A stretch of DNA of 64,000 bases, taken from IMG/VR virus record IMGVR_UViG_3300027898_000001; one strand, written 5' to 3'. This DNA comes from a virus (lineage: Duplodnaviria; Caudoviricetes). Positions 1 through 9,482 of this stretch are shown here, in pieces (within the stretch, counting starts at the first letter, position 1; every line of letters begins with the position of its first letter). The notes beneath the pieces are model-generated. The model was not told the origin of the DNA and did no database searches. It saw nothing but the letters and a program-made list of their open reading frames with translations. The position numbers and the translations under genes are program-made.

Positions 1-80
1 CAATACTGTGAACACTCTTTTTGGAAAAATAACAAATGTTTTATGCCATTCATTGCTCTTATGGCGTTTAGAAAATAATC

Positions 81-746
81 TCATAGATGATCCAACACAT
101 TATTAATGGTTTTCTCACGATTGTCTGCGCCCATATAAAAAGCTATATCTACGGGCAAATGCAGACGTGTGGCAAAGAATTCAAGCGGATCACAACCACT
201 TACAATGACAACTCTAGGTATGTTCGGGTACATTTCGAGAATATCTCTAACCTTCTCTATCTTCGCATTGGTACTGTGTACATCAACATTTGACAATATC
301 AACATGCTAGGATTATCAGTCATACCATCATCACGTATAGTATCTTTGAAACCACCATACACTTTATGCCAAAGTGGGTAATCTTTCTTAGCAATACGAA
401 CAGACCTGGCTTTATCTTGGAATGATATTGCATGGTCCATGATATTAACAGCTAACATCTTAGCACGTAAATCTGTTGGGAAACTACCTATACTGATGAT
501 AGGGCTACCCCGTAGTGGGGATTCAAACAAACTGTGCAGCATAGCGATTTGGCGTTTAACACTAACGCTTTTAGTTACAATGTTTGGAATATCAGGCTTC
601 ATACGGACAGCAGCAACATCAAATTCAAAAGCGTTTCTACTACCAGCAAAGCACATACCGTCCACACCTCGAGAACGCATTACACGTTGTCGCTGTGGAT
701 CGAATTTAAACTTTAACTTAGGTGTTTTTATTTTGAGAGATTTCAT
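81..746 (-). CDS. Hypothetical replication-associated protein, possibly a degenerate AAA+/DnaC-like loader
   Basis: 221-aa ORF right after the helicase; alternating strand/helix pattern with MLILSNV (Walker B-like) but no intact Walker A; GTGTAAATA motif 28 nt upstream. Confidence 0.35.
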   Translation of the reverse strand: MKSLKIKTPKLKFKFDPQRQRVMRSRGVDGMCFAGSRNAFEFDVAAVRMKPDIPNIVTKSVSVKRQIAMLHSLFESPLRGSPIISIGSFPTDLRAKMLAVNIMDHAISFQDKARSVRIAKKDYPLWHKVYGGFKDTIRDDGMTDNPSMLILSNVDVHSTNAKIEKVRDILEMYPNIPRVVIVSGCDPLEFFATRLHLPVDIAFYMGADNREKTINNVLDHL

Positions 747-773
747 AACATATCCATTGAAAGTATTACAACT

Positions 774-782
774 TATTTACAC
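774..782 (-). promoter_or_regulatory. TGTAAATA promoter-like motif (GTGTAAATA)
   Basis: + strand tatttacac; same motif, orientation and distance as copies before several other genes. Confidence 0.55.
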
Positions 783-2434
783 TACTTCTTTGGCTTCAAG
801 CGTTTCAAACTGCCGAATAAACCTTGTGGCATGGTTTTTTCTTTCTTAAGTGTGCGTCTTGGTTTACTGTCAAGATAAATAGCTTCATCTGAATCCATAT
901 CTTTGCTGCCACGTTTAGCACCGTGGTCACGCATCAACTCTTTAGCCAATTCTCTGGCTTTATCTGTTGGCTCGTGATTGAAACCAAGCGCCTGCTTGTA
1001 AGTAGATACGAAACAACCTAATGATAGGCCAATGTTTGGATCAACAAACATACGAATGATAGGATCGCGCTTGCCATCTAGTGGAGTAAGCACACGCGAA
1101 CTTTCTTGTTTCCAATTCGGTTCGTTATTCATAGGTTGAATGTAATACAAGCAACTCCATCTAGGTACGTTCAAACCACGTTGTAAGATACTACGAATAC
1201 CTACAATTACACGGGTCTTACCGTCTTTTGCGCGTTGCAGTATTTCTTCACGTAAGTCTTTGTGCTTCTTACCAGCACCGCCGGTAAAACCTTCAGCTAT
1301 CTTAGCACCATATTCAGTATTGATACGTTTAACTAATTCGCTAACATGGTCTCTGAAATAAACTGGAATAACAATACTGTGTCCGTTCTTTAAATCTTTA
1401 CCAACGTATTCGATTATCTCATCCATACGTTTCTTATGATTAGAAAGCATCTTGCAGCAATTGGTAAAGCCGGCTTTGCCTGTATAGGCACTTCGAGACT
1501 TAACATAGTCACAACGGTGTATGATGATCTTAGCTTTTAATTGAGGAATAGTAATACGGCATATAACACTACCAATAATTTGTTCGGTAATTTTGTCCTT
1601 CTGGTCCTTTCTCTTATCAGTCCCGGTGAAACCTGTGCGATAACGTGCAGGAATTCCATTTATTACTTTGGCGAAGCCGTTAGCCGCACCTTTATCCGCT
1701 TCATCTATCAACAGATTGCCAAAATTAGGTCGCATTCTAGCAAAGCGTTCTTTACCACGATCCGTATCGAAGAACTGCTGATAAGTACTAACACCTATTT
1801 GCAATGTGTCATAATCATCCAAAGTTTTAGCAAAGCCGTACAGCTTAACCCCATACTTATCTTGTAGTCTAGGTAAATTTGTATAGCGTTCAACATGGTC
1901 AATGAATTGGGTTAGAAATTCATGCTGATTAGCAAGCATCATGGTGCGGACGCCTTGCTTCACTGACAAATAAAGTGCAAGAGGTGTCTTACCGCTACGT
2001 GGAGGTGCTACTATCATTCCAAACTTCTTTTTGCGCCAAGCATTAGCAGCTTCGTCTTGGTAATCACGCATGGTAAGGCCAATCAGTTTGACGTTGTAAT
2101 CAAACTTAGGCTTAACACGCAAATCAACGAATTTGAAGTCATCGAAATCTATCTTCAAACGCTTTTCGACGTTTTCTCTATCGCCAAGTGGAACCGCATA
2201 ATAATCAACACCCTTCTTCGAAGTAAACTTATACGTTTGAACAATACCTTTGAAAGCTTCACAATTATCACATTCGTAGTTATGACGATTTACTTTGTTT
2301 GGACAGCGTCGGCATGCCTGCTCCTCATACATACTATGTGTATAATGCTTATCAACTAAATGTTCTTGCACCTGAGTAGCAGGTATGTACATCTTGTCGT
2401 AAAGCACAATTGTTTCATCGTCATACTTGGCCAT
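782..2434 (-). CDS. Superfamily 2 DEAD/H helicase (UvsW/XPB-like)
   Basis: Motifs APPRSGKT, LIDEAD, FTGT, QRGLNVP, QESSRV. Confidence 0.9.
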   Translation of the reverse strand: MAKYDDETIVLYDKMYIPATQVQEHLVDKHYTHSMYEEQACRRCPNKVNRHNYECDNCEAFKGIVQTYKFTSKKGVDYYAVPLGDRENVEKRLKIDFDDFKFVDLRVKPKFDYNVKLIGLTMRDYQDEAANAWRKKKFGMIVAPPRSGKTPLALYLSVKQGVRTMMLANQHEFLTQFIDHVERYTNLPRLQDKYGVKLYGFAKTLDDYDTLQIGVSTYQQFFDTDRGKERFARMRPNFGNLLIDEADKGAANGFAKVINGIPARYRTGFTGTDKRKDQKDKITEQIIGSVICRITIPQLKAKIIIHRCDYVKSRSAYTGKAGFTNCCKMLSNHKKRMDEIIEYVGKDLKNGHSIVIPVYFRDHVSELVKRINTEYGAKIAEGFTGGAGKKHKDLREEILQRAKDGKTRVIVGIRSILQRGLNVPRWSCLYYIQPMNNEPNWKQESSRVLTPLDGKRDPIIRMFVDPNIGLSLGCFVSTYKQALGFNHEPTDKARELAKELMRDHGAKRGSKDMDSDEAIYLDSKPRRTLKKEKTMPQGLFGSLKRLKPKK

Positions 2435-2991
2435 TACAATTGATCCACTTTAGTGCTGCTAAGTTTAGCAGCCTCTACTAGGTTACGATATGAATAGGCA
2501 AATTTATCAATATCAACACATACCAACTCAACTGCGTCTTTTAAAGTAGATAGACGCTTTGAATACTTCAAATAAGGTTGGAATACATGATGCTTAATAA
2601 AATCAGCACGTTCACCTTTTGTTTTGAGTTGGTATAGTTTGGTACTATACTCCATCAACAGATAACCTTCCAAGGATTCTAAGGTATCTTCGAGTGTTCT
2701 TATAGTCTTTACACATACCATAAGTATCTCAACAAGCCGGGAACGCTTAGCACCATCATCAATCATACCATCAATTAAATCACGAATGAAGTTTTTATTC
2801 TTAGTGTTAAGCTGGCGAGTCTTTCTAAGTGCATGGATTGTTTTCACTTCATCATACAGTTCAGCAATGTTTAGCTGATACTGTGGAAGTGTGGTGAAAG
2901 CATCGTGCAATTTTAGCATACGTTTGTCTTTCAATAACGCACGTTTGAGCGAGACTAGTTCTGGTTTATCCACTGTACTCAACTCCTTCAA
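2434..2991 (-). CDS. Hypothetical alpha-helical protein
   Basis: 185-aa ORF whose stop overlaps the helicase start. Confidence 0.6.
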   Translation of the reverse strand: MKELSTVDKPELVSLKRALLKDKRMLKLHDAFTTLPQYQLNIAELYDEVKTIHALRKTRQLNTKNKNFIRDLIDGMIDDGAKRSRLVEILMVCVKTIRTLEDTLESLEGYLLMEYSTKLYQLKTKGERADFIKHHVFQPYLKYSKRLSTLKDAVELVCVDIDKFAYSYRNLVEAAKLSSTKVDQL

Positions 2992-3304
2992 TTTTTATAA
3001 AACGAATGCGCAGTACCTTTACTTTAAAGAGAAATAACTTACGGACGTATCGTATAGAGACTTCTTCTAAAATATTGGCACCAATGTCTTTGGCTGATTT
3101 TATGATAGCCGTAATGTTGTTGTCTAGCCTATTTCTATCATTTAATTGGAAACAATCAACATAAACCATGTCGCAGTATAAATTTGAAATAGATTTATCT
3201 TCGCACTTAAAAAGTCCAAAGTTAAAATTTAGTAGTTTTGCAGTCTCTTCCAACTTTTTATAAGCATACTTGAGCGTAACCTCATCATCAACTTTAAACT
3301 GCAT
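2966..3304 (-). CDS. Hypothetical protein (likely start ATG 3304, MQFKV)
   Basis: ORF in operon; internal ATG removes most of the overlap with the upstream gene. Confidence 0.55.
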   Translation of the reverse strand: MQFKVDDEVTLKYAYKKLEETAKLLNFNFGLFKCEDKSISNLYCDMVYVDCFQLNDRNRLDNNITAIIKSAKDIGANILEEVSIRYVRKLFLFKVKVLRIRFIKIEGVEYSG

Positions 3305-3734
3305 CGAACACCACCAATGGGTTGTAATCAACAGTACCCAAGTTTGCCAATAAATTGTCTTTGTCATCTATGTATATAGTTAGATTTCGTTTTGCATCTG
3401 CGAACGGATAAACTGCAAATGCACCACAAGACTCACTACCACCAACTATAAGGATACCATTATTAATACGGAACTTATCCTGAGGTACAGTGAATAAAAT
3501 ACCATATACACTACCTCTATTGTTCTGGATATTGTATATGGTACAGTATTTAGTTGCACGTATAGGTGTAGTGTGATCTACTGTCAACGCAGAAGACACG
3601 ATGTTGCGAAAGAAAACGGCGATGTGGTAATCGCCGAGCGGAGCACAGCCCAATGTTTCAAACGAATTCAATTTGCTGGGACGGTACTCAAACGAATCCG
3701 CTAAAGAATACAATGGGCTGGATTTATTCTTCAC
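3294..3734 (-). CDS. Hypothetical protein
   Basis: 146-aa ORF overlapping both neighbours in the same strand. Confidence 0.55.
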   Translation of the reverse strand: MKNKSSPLYSLADSFEYRPSKLNSFETLGCAPLGDYHIAVFFRNIVSSALTVDHTTPIRATKYCTIYNIQNNRGSVYGILFTVPQDKFRINNGILIVGGSESCGAFAVYPFADAKRNLTIYIDDKDNLLANLGTVDYNPLVVFDAV

Positions 3735-4905
3735 TATAAGTACCTACAAGATATGACTTTGCAGTCTTTGTATGGTTAGTAACTAGAAAGGCACTTGACT
3801 TACCTTTATTAGTACGTTGAAAGAAACTCATAGGAACTTCTGAGCTACTGCACTTATTGAACAAATCACTAAATACTCTAGGATCAATCAAGGCTAGCAG
3901 TGATCCTGACTTAGTATCTAATTTTGCTTCTGTTTTAAACGCATCTTGAACAGTACCATTTTCGTTAGATAGGGAAATATCAACACGACCGCTACCTATC
4001 TTCATCATAAGTTTACTATTCTCATCAGAAATAGTAAACATATTACCAACAGTTTTAATTCCAGCTTCTTTAAATATTAATGTGGCAGCAGGTTTAGTTA
4101 AGTTTTTGATATAACCAGGAACTTGACTGTATAAATTGTCGTCCATTTGAATAGGAGGTAATGAAATGATATACGTCTTACCGAATGCTATGAATTGCTT
4201 CTGACCAATTACGAATTCAACATCCTCACCTTCAGTAGCCGTAAACCTATCAATCAAGTTAAACATGTTGATTGGAATAGCCATTTTAAAATGGGATTCT
4301 GACGGTACAGTTGCACGATAATAACTCATGTGAAAGTTATCGAATGAGCTAACATCTAATTTACCATCTTTGGCACGAATCAAACAATTAATAGGGTCAC
4401 TATTATAGAAATTGCTCAGATTGCATGCCTTCATTGCGTCACGTAGTGTGTTTAACAAAGCACCGGTAACTGTAGTACTCTTATGCTTTTCATTCTTCAA
4501 CTTACTATTAACAACGTGAATGCCCTCTGCAGGCGTAGCAGAAGTTGCAATATCTCCAGAGTATTTACCTTTAACTGCACTAAAATGTAGGCGACCTTTG
4601 TCGTACTTAAATTTCAATTCACTACGATTCTTTATAAGACCAAGTAATGTTTTTGGTGTGAACTGGAATGAACCGTCTGTATTTGTTTTAACATCAGAAA
4701 CTTGGAATGCTGAAAATGTTTCTGTAGAATAACCAATTACAAATAAAGCGCCTTTATACGATGCTAGTATACACACAGACTTATCTTCGCTGCCTTTTGA
4801 AAAATCCGCTACAGTAACGATTTTTGTAATTGCCTTAGATAACAATGCACTATCGCATGTGAATTCAAATGAGGATTTTGACTCTGTTAATACACAAGTT
4901 TTCAT
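3724..4905 (-). CDS. dnaN: DNA sliding clamp, bacterial beta-clamp-like
   Basis: 393 aa; repeating beta-alpha pattern; SFDNFHMSY aligns with the beta-clamp ATDGHRL region; DnaX is in the same window. Confidence 0.55.
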   Translation of the reverse strand: MKTCVLTESKSSFEFTCDSALLSKAITKIVTVADFSKGSEDKSVCILASYKGALFVIGYSTETFSAFQVSDVKTNTDGSFQFTPKTLLGLIKNRSELKFKYDKGRLHFSAVKGKYSGDIATSATPAEGIHVVNSKLKNEKHKSTTVTGALLNTLRDAMKACNLSNFYNSDPINCLIRAKDGKLDVSSFDNFHMSYYRATVPSESHFKMAIPINMFNLIDRFTATEGEDVEFVIGQKQFIAFGKTYIISLPPIQMDDNLYSQVPGYIKNLTKPAATLIFKEAGIKTVGNMFTISDENSKLMMKIGSGRVDISLSNENGTVQDAFKTEAKLDTKSGSLLALIDPRVFSDLFNKCSSSEVPMSFFQRTNKGKSSAFLVTNHTKTAKSYLVGTYSEE

Positions 4906-4917
4906 TAAACTACTCCA

Positions 4918-5301
4918 CTAATTAAATTGTTTTGCATTATTAAATGAATCAAATTTGATATAATTATAGGAGTCTGTTCGGCTCCTAATATAATAGTAAA
5001 TGCTTATTTGCGATTCATTTGTATGATTTACAGTTGCACCTATACCGAAATGCAGAGGATCGTAACCTAAACTAGCTAAGTGGCTTTGCACTTTAAAGTT
5101 TAATTCAAATTCTATTGTACGTGCGATTATACAGATTGCATCATACGCTAAAATGTGTGGATACTGCGAAGCTACCGTAGCACTATACTGGCACATAGCA
5201 TTCATAGTTTCTGAAATCTTTAAGCGTTCCGCTCCGAAATTAGAAATGAATCTATATACATCCTCAGCCACGGTAACAGTAATGGTTACATTTATGTTCA
5301 C
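4918..5301 (-). CDS. Hypothetical protein
   Basis: 127-aa ORF, GTG start overlapping the upstream stop. Confidence 0.55.
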   Translation of the reverse strand: MNINVTITVTVAEDVYRFISNFGAERLKISETMNAMCQYSATVASQYPHILAYDAICIIARTIEFELNFKVQSHLASLGYDPLHFGIGATVNHTNESQISIYYYIRSRTDSYNYIKFDSFNNAKQFN

Positions 5302-5606
5302 TCTGCTTCGTCCTGTGTTGGTTGGAAGGCTTCAACGTGCATAAGAGCTAGTTCAAACTTCTCAACCATCACAGTGTTACGCATGATAGCAATAACATGG
5401 TACTCACCAGCTGTCTGCATAGCAACAATACCGTTGATAAGACCTAACATGTTTAACGCTGCATGTGTTGGACTATTACGATACTCCAAGTTTATAGGCG
5501 TATGAGATATTGTAATATCAACTAGATGTTCACTAAAAACCGCTCGTGATACACCTTCTCTGTCTATATCCAAGATTTTATTTAAAAGTATAATTAAATC
5601 TTCCAT
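5298..5606 (-). CDS. Hypothetical protein
   Basis: 102-aa ORF starting 3 nt after the polymerase stop. Confidence 0.6.
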   Translation of the reverse strand: MEDLIILLNKILDIDREGVSRAVFSEHLVDITISHTPINLEYRNSPTHAALNMLGLINGIVAMQTAGEYHVIAIMRNTVMVEKFELALMHVEAFQPTQDEAE

Positions 5607-5609
5607 ACG

Positions 5610-8600
5610 CTATGCTGCCTTTTTCTTAACAGATTTATCCATACCAGACATTTTCAGTTTGCAATTCCATGCCTGCGTCTTAGCCCAGCTAGGCATGTAC
5701 TCATACTGTTCACGCATAATATTGTTGTACACTGCTTTTGCATCCATATCTGGATATAGTTTTTGCTGCTCTTTCAAACAACTCTTTAAAATATCACCAA
5801 GCTGCTCGATACTAAAAGTCCAACCTTCACAATCACGCTCGTTGTTACCTATCTCGAAGTCAATCTCAAGAGGTACAATAAAGTCCATACCATGTCGTTC
5901 TTGTGATACTTTGGCGACTTCATCAGTAAGACCGCGTTCAATCATATCTAACGCTAACCAAACGTCTTCATACGCGCAACTAAAGCTAATGGAATCGTGT
6001 ACAGAGTTTGCTTGGTAGAAGTCTGGATAATGACCAGTTTTCTCAAAGTGCTCAAACTTCAAGCGTTCAACACTTCGTGCACCATTAATCAAGAAGTCTG
6101 AACCTATACCTTGAATAGGACTATTAACGCTCTGGCGTTCATTACGTGCAATCACGCTATCCGCATTTTTGGTAGCATTCTTTGGTATCAAATGACCCCA
6201 AGTATGGCGTCTACGACCAATAGGACTTTCAACATACAAATTGTCACGAGCAAACTGTTTAATAGCATCAAACCACTTAACACCAACAGGATGCTTCTTC
6301 TTAAACTGTGCTACCAATTTCTCGATAGCTTCAACAGTCTGCCCAGTTGATTTAGATAGACCGTTCATACCTTGTTGATAGATCAATCCAAAGATTACAG
6401 CCTTAACGGCGTCACGAATTTTCTTATCAACTTTCTCAATAGGAATACCGAAGAAGTATGCTGCATTTATTTTGTGTACGTCACCTTCTAACTTAACACG
6501 CTTCAATAATTCTGGATCAGGGTGTAACTTATATTGCTCACGTAACGCCCGACCATTTGCAAACAAATCGGCTACTGTCTTATCGCCAGTAAACAAGGAC
6601 CAGCAGTTGTGTACTAACACCGGTGTATCTTCGGGTTTATCGCAAACAAACAGATTGTGGTTATCAGCAATGCCTATGTCACAAACAAGTTCAGGCCGCG
6701 GGACCTTTCTAATAGATGTAACTTTAACAGCGGAATACTGCACACGCAAGGCATCACCTTCTACAATTTCATCCGCTCTTATGTAATCATTACGGGTAAC
6801 AGACCATATTTGATGATTACCTGTAACAGTTATAGTGCCACCATAATATCCAATCTCATACATATCTTCTTCGGGCGGATGAACAGACTGTGTGCCGATT
6901 TCTTTGAGTTCAACTTCACAAGTTTCATGGTTGAAAGAATGAACTAAAGGCTTATCGTGCATTTCTATAATGTCACGCAGCTTGACCATACCAATTTCAG
7001 TAGACACATAACTATCAAGGCTTAGGCAACGCACTTCGTGGGCAGAGTAGTCCACTTTTATTAGTATTCTACCCTTCTCTGTGATAAACAAGCGCTTAAT
7101 ATGTTTACCTAACTCAGGGCGCGATGGAATTTGGTGCAGACTAGGTTTCTGCGCACTTGTACGACCTGTAACAACGTCCAAGAAGCCAAAGTGTGGACGA
7201 ATACGCTTATCAAAACGCATATCATCATCAGAACCCCACTGCTTAATGAAGGCTTTAACATACGAAGTATACAACTTCTTAGCCTTACCAAGTGCTTGGA
7301 ATAACTTAACTTCTTCAACGTCTTCATATTTTTTCTGGAATGTTTTATCTACTTTAAACTTAGCTTTACCTTTAGAATTCTCTTTACCTTTGCCGGTAGG
7401 TTTTAATTTCAATACATCAAAGAATAACAACTGTTGGTGGTCTTGTTTAGCAATGTCGAAAACTTTAACATCTGAACGTCCAAACAAACCAATTGTAGGC
7501 ATACCGCTTTTCTTTAACAGCTTAGCATTAGCTTTCTGCACACCTTTTGTTTCATAAAACTTCTTCTTAATATTGTCCATTTCTTGGCGTATAGGACTAT
7601 CGCGTGTCTGTAGATAAAACAAATATTCAATATCTGTAGGGCAACCATTAAATTCCCATGTGGAGAACATGTGAATCATATCACTGATCTGCTTTCTAAC
7701 AATGTCTTTGTACTTCTTATAACCTTCGTCTTTGGCACGTTGTAACTGAAGGCGCATAATATGAAGAGGTATGATAACATCTAATGAGCAGTATTCTAAC
7801 AGTGCCTCATCCAAATCTACTTGTGCGATTGTTTTACGTTTGTCTTTACCAAATTCAGCATCATAGTAAGCTGTGCAGCCATATTGCATAGAAAGATTTA
7901 ACAAGCTGTAATAATAAGCACCAGTGACACCTGACAGATTTTTTAAATTTTCGTCTAAAGCGAATTCGCCTGCGAAAATATCCCATATATCTGTCTTAAA
8001 GAATCGAATGTCAAGATTATTACGCAACACAGTTAGGTCAAAGGTACCATTAGCAAAAATATGCACATCATTCTTGTTTTTACGCTCAAAGTAGTCGCGT
8101 AGCACCTTCTTTATATACTGCAATTCTTCCGAGGTAAAGGGGCTATCCTTGTGTAGGAATGGCAAAACATACGCGGTTTTGGTGGTGGTTGCAAACTGCA
8201 CAGTAAGCATACGATTAACGCGCCGATTGAGATTTTCAGTCTCCGTATCAATACTCAGACGGGGTTCATCTATAATTGCCTCAATCATCTTTTTAAATTT
8301 TTTGATACTATCGACAAGCACCGTAGTGTATTCTAACTTAGGAATTTTATAGCGCATTTCACCATTAAGTGCCGTACCTATATTACGAGCAACATAACCA
8401 GCCAACGCCATTTCATTACCTAAGCCTTGGTCGTTGATAAGTGTATTAAGACTGAGAGTAGGTACATGATTGCACTTATGGGATTTATCACCACGCTTCA
8501 CAATAATAGGAGTAGATACACCATATAAGTGTTGCATCTTACCGCCATACTGTTCTATTCGGGCACCATTCAATGCACGATAACCATCAGGACCAAACGT

Positions 8601-9002
8601 GAGAACTGTATTGGGTTTGTACGAAGTGATAATACTCTCAAGACGTTTCTTGAAAGCATCTTTAGCAGATTGTTTGAATATGTCTGTCTCACCAGCAGTT
8701 TTAAATCCATTGAATGCTACAGCTAACCAATCGAAATCATCAAGAGTACGAGAGTATCCATAGTACTTATTGGTAACAGCTAATAACTTTTTCAGTAGAT
8801 CACCAGTAACACCAGACAATACGCGACTGGATTTTAAATCTTCCGTTGGCATGTAATCCAATACTAACAACAACTTATCAGCACCCTTCTTTACATGCTT
8901 AGCTAACTGTACATGATTATAGGTTTGCGTACCTTTAAATGCAGTGCCAAAATTGTATTCGTATGTGTCGTAAATAACTTTAGCCATAATATAATTATCC
9001 AC
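5610..9002 (-). CDS. polA: Family A DNA polymerase with N-terminal UDG-like domain, 3'-5' exonuclease and mini-intein
   Basis: ExoI SIDTETE, ExoII ANGTFD, ExoIII YCSLD; motif A DYSAHEVR, motif B RDAVKAVIFGLIY, motif C VHDSI; TGRTSAQKPSLHQIP. Confidence 0.95.
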   Translation of the reverse strand: MDNYIMAKVIYDTYEYNFGTAFKGTQTYNHVQLAKHVKKGADKLLLVLDYMPTEDLKSSRVLSGVTGDLLKKLLAVTNKYYGYSRTLDDFDWLAVAFNGFKTAGETDIFKQSAKDAFKKRLESIITSYKPNTVLTFGPDGYRALNGARIEQYGGKMQHLYGVSTPIIVKRGDKSHKCNHVPTLSLNTLINDQGLGNEMALAGYVARNIGTALNGEMRYKIPKLEYTTVLVDSIKKFKKMIEAIIDEPRLSIDTETENLNRRVNRMLTVQFATTTKTAYVLPFLHKDSPFTSEELQYIKKVLRDYFERKNKNDVHIFANGTFDLTVLRNNLDIRFFKTDIWDIFAGEFALDENLKNLSGVTGAYYYSLLNLSMQYGCTAYYDAEFGKDKRKTIAQVDLDEALLEYCSLDVIIPLHIMRLQLQRAKDEGYKKYKDIVRKQISDMIHMFSTWEFNGCPTDIEYLFYLQTRDSPIRQEMDNIKKKFYETKGVQKANAKLLKKSGMPTIGLFGRSDVKVFDIAKQDHQQLLFFDVLKLKPTGKGKENSKGKAKFKVDKTFQKKYEDVEEVKLFQALGKAKKLYTSYVKAFIKQWGSDDDMRFDKRIRPHFGFLDVVTGRTSAQKPSLHQIPSRPELGKHIKRLFITEKGRILIKVDYSAHEVRCLSLDSYVSTEIGMVKLRDIIEMHDKPLVHSFNHETCEVELKEIGTQSVHPPEEDMYEIGYYGGTITVTGNHQIWSVTRNDYIRADEIVEGDALRVQYSAVKVTSIRKVPRPELVCDIGIADNHNLFVCDKPEDTPVLVHNCWSLFTGDKTVADLFANGRALREQYKLHPDPELLKRVKLEGDVHKINAAYFFGIPIEKVDKKIRDAVKAVIFGLIYQQGMNGLSKSTGQTVEAIEKLVAQFKKKHPVGVKWFDAIKQFARDNLYVESPIGRRRHTWGHLIPKNATKNADSVIARNERQSVNSPIQGIGSDFLINGARSVERLKFEHFEKTGHYPDFYQANSVHDSISFSCAYEDVWLALDMIERGLTDEVAKVSQERHGMDFIVPLEIDFEIGNNERDCEGWTFSIEQLGDILKSCLKEQQKLYPDMDAKAVYNNIMREQYEYMPSWAKTQAWNCKLKMSGMDKSVKKKAA
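6606..7028 (-). mobile_element. Mini-intein (141 aa, no homing endonuclease) inserted just after PolA motif A
   Basis: Starts CLSLDS, block B TVTGNH, ends VLVHN followed by +1 Cys; removal restores DYSAHEVR-CWSLF. Confidence 0.93.
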
Positions 9003-9026
9003 AAAATTATATAAGTATAGGCTAAC

Positions 9027-9035
9027 TATTTACAG
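9027..9035 (-). promoter_or_regulatory. CTGTAAATA promoter-like motif upstream of polA
   Basis: + strand tatttacag, 25 nt before the start and immediately after a terminator. Confidence 0.65.
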
Positions 9036-9048
9036 TATTCGTAAACGA

Positions 9049-9073
9049 AAAATGCTGCACAAGGCAGCATTTT
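9049..9073. terminator. Intrinsic terminator (possibly bidirectional)
   Basis: aaaatgctgc-acaag-gcagcatttt perfect inverted repeat with A/T tracts. Confidence 0.85.
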
Positions 9074-9075
9074 GG

Positions 9076-9348
9076 TCACACTAATTCTGATTCTACCGCA
9101 AGTCCAAATCGAACTAAAGCAGGAGCATTGTCTACAAATACAACAGTAGTTGGAATCTTGTTAATGCCGAATTTAGCACACACTTCCTTACATGCAGCAG
9201 CATTAACAATAAAGTTTCTAACAGGTAATGTGGCAACACGTTCTGACATTATCTTACCATGACCACTTGTAGGTAAAGTGAAAAGAACAACAGTCTTAGT
9301 TCCGTTCAATACTTCACTTTCAAAATTATCGGATGTTATTTCTACCAT
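9076..9348 (-). CDS. Thioredoxin-fold protein lacking the CxxC active site (90 aa; start ATG 9348)
   Basis: MVEITSDNFESEVL..VVLF like TrxA; TSGHG replaces WCGPC; cis-Pro IPT retained; SD GGAG upstream. Confidence 0.8.
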   Translation of the reverse strand: MVEITSDNFESEVLNGTKTVVLFTLPTSGHGKIMSERVATLPVRNFIVNAAACKEVCAKFGINKIPTTVVFVDNAPALVRFGLAVESELV

Positions 9349-9361
9349 AGTAATCTCCAAG

Positions 9362-9466
9362 AAAAAGGACCCACCGCACGGTGAAATGCGGCGAGTCAAG
9401 TGTCCATCAACGGTGAAATTAAATGGACAGAGGAGAGATAAGTAGGGTATCTCTCTAAAGTCCTCT
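9362..9466 (-). ncRNA. Three-hairpin structured element ending in a terminator-like stem, 5' of the thioredoxin-like gene
   Basis: Stems GAGAGAUA/UAUCUCUC, UGUCCAU/AUGGACA, GACUCGCCGCA/UGCGGUGGGUC followed by a U-tract; two loops share AUUUCACCG. Confidence 0.55.
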
Positions 9467-9482
9467 ACGTTGATAGTTCAAA

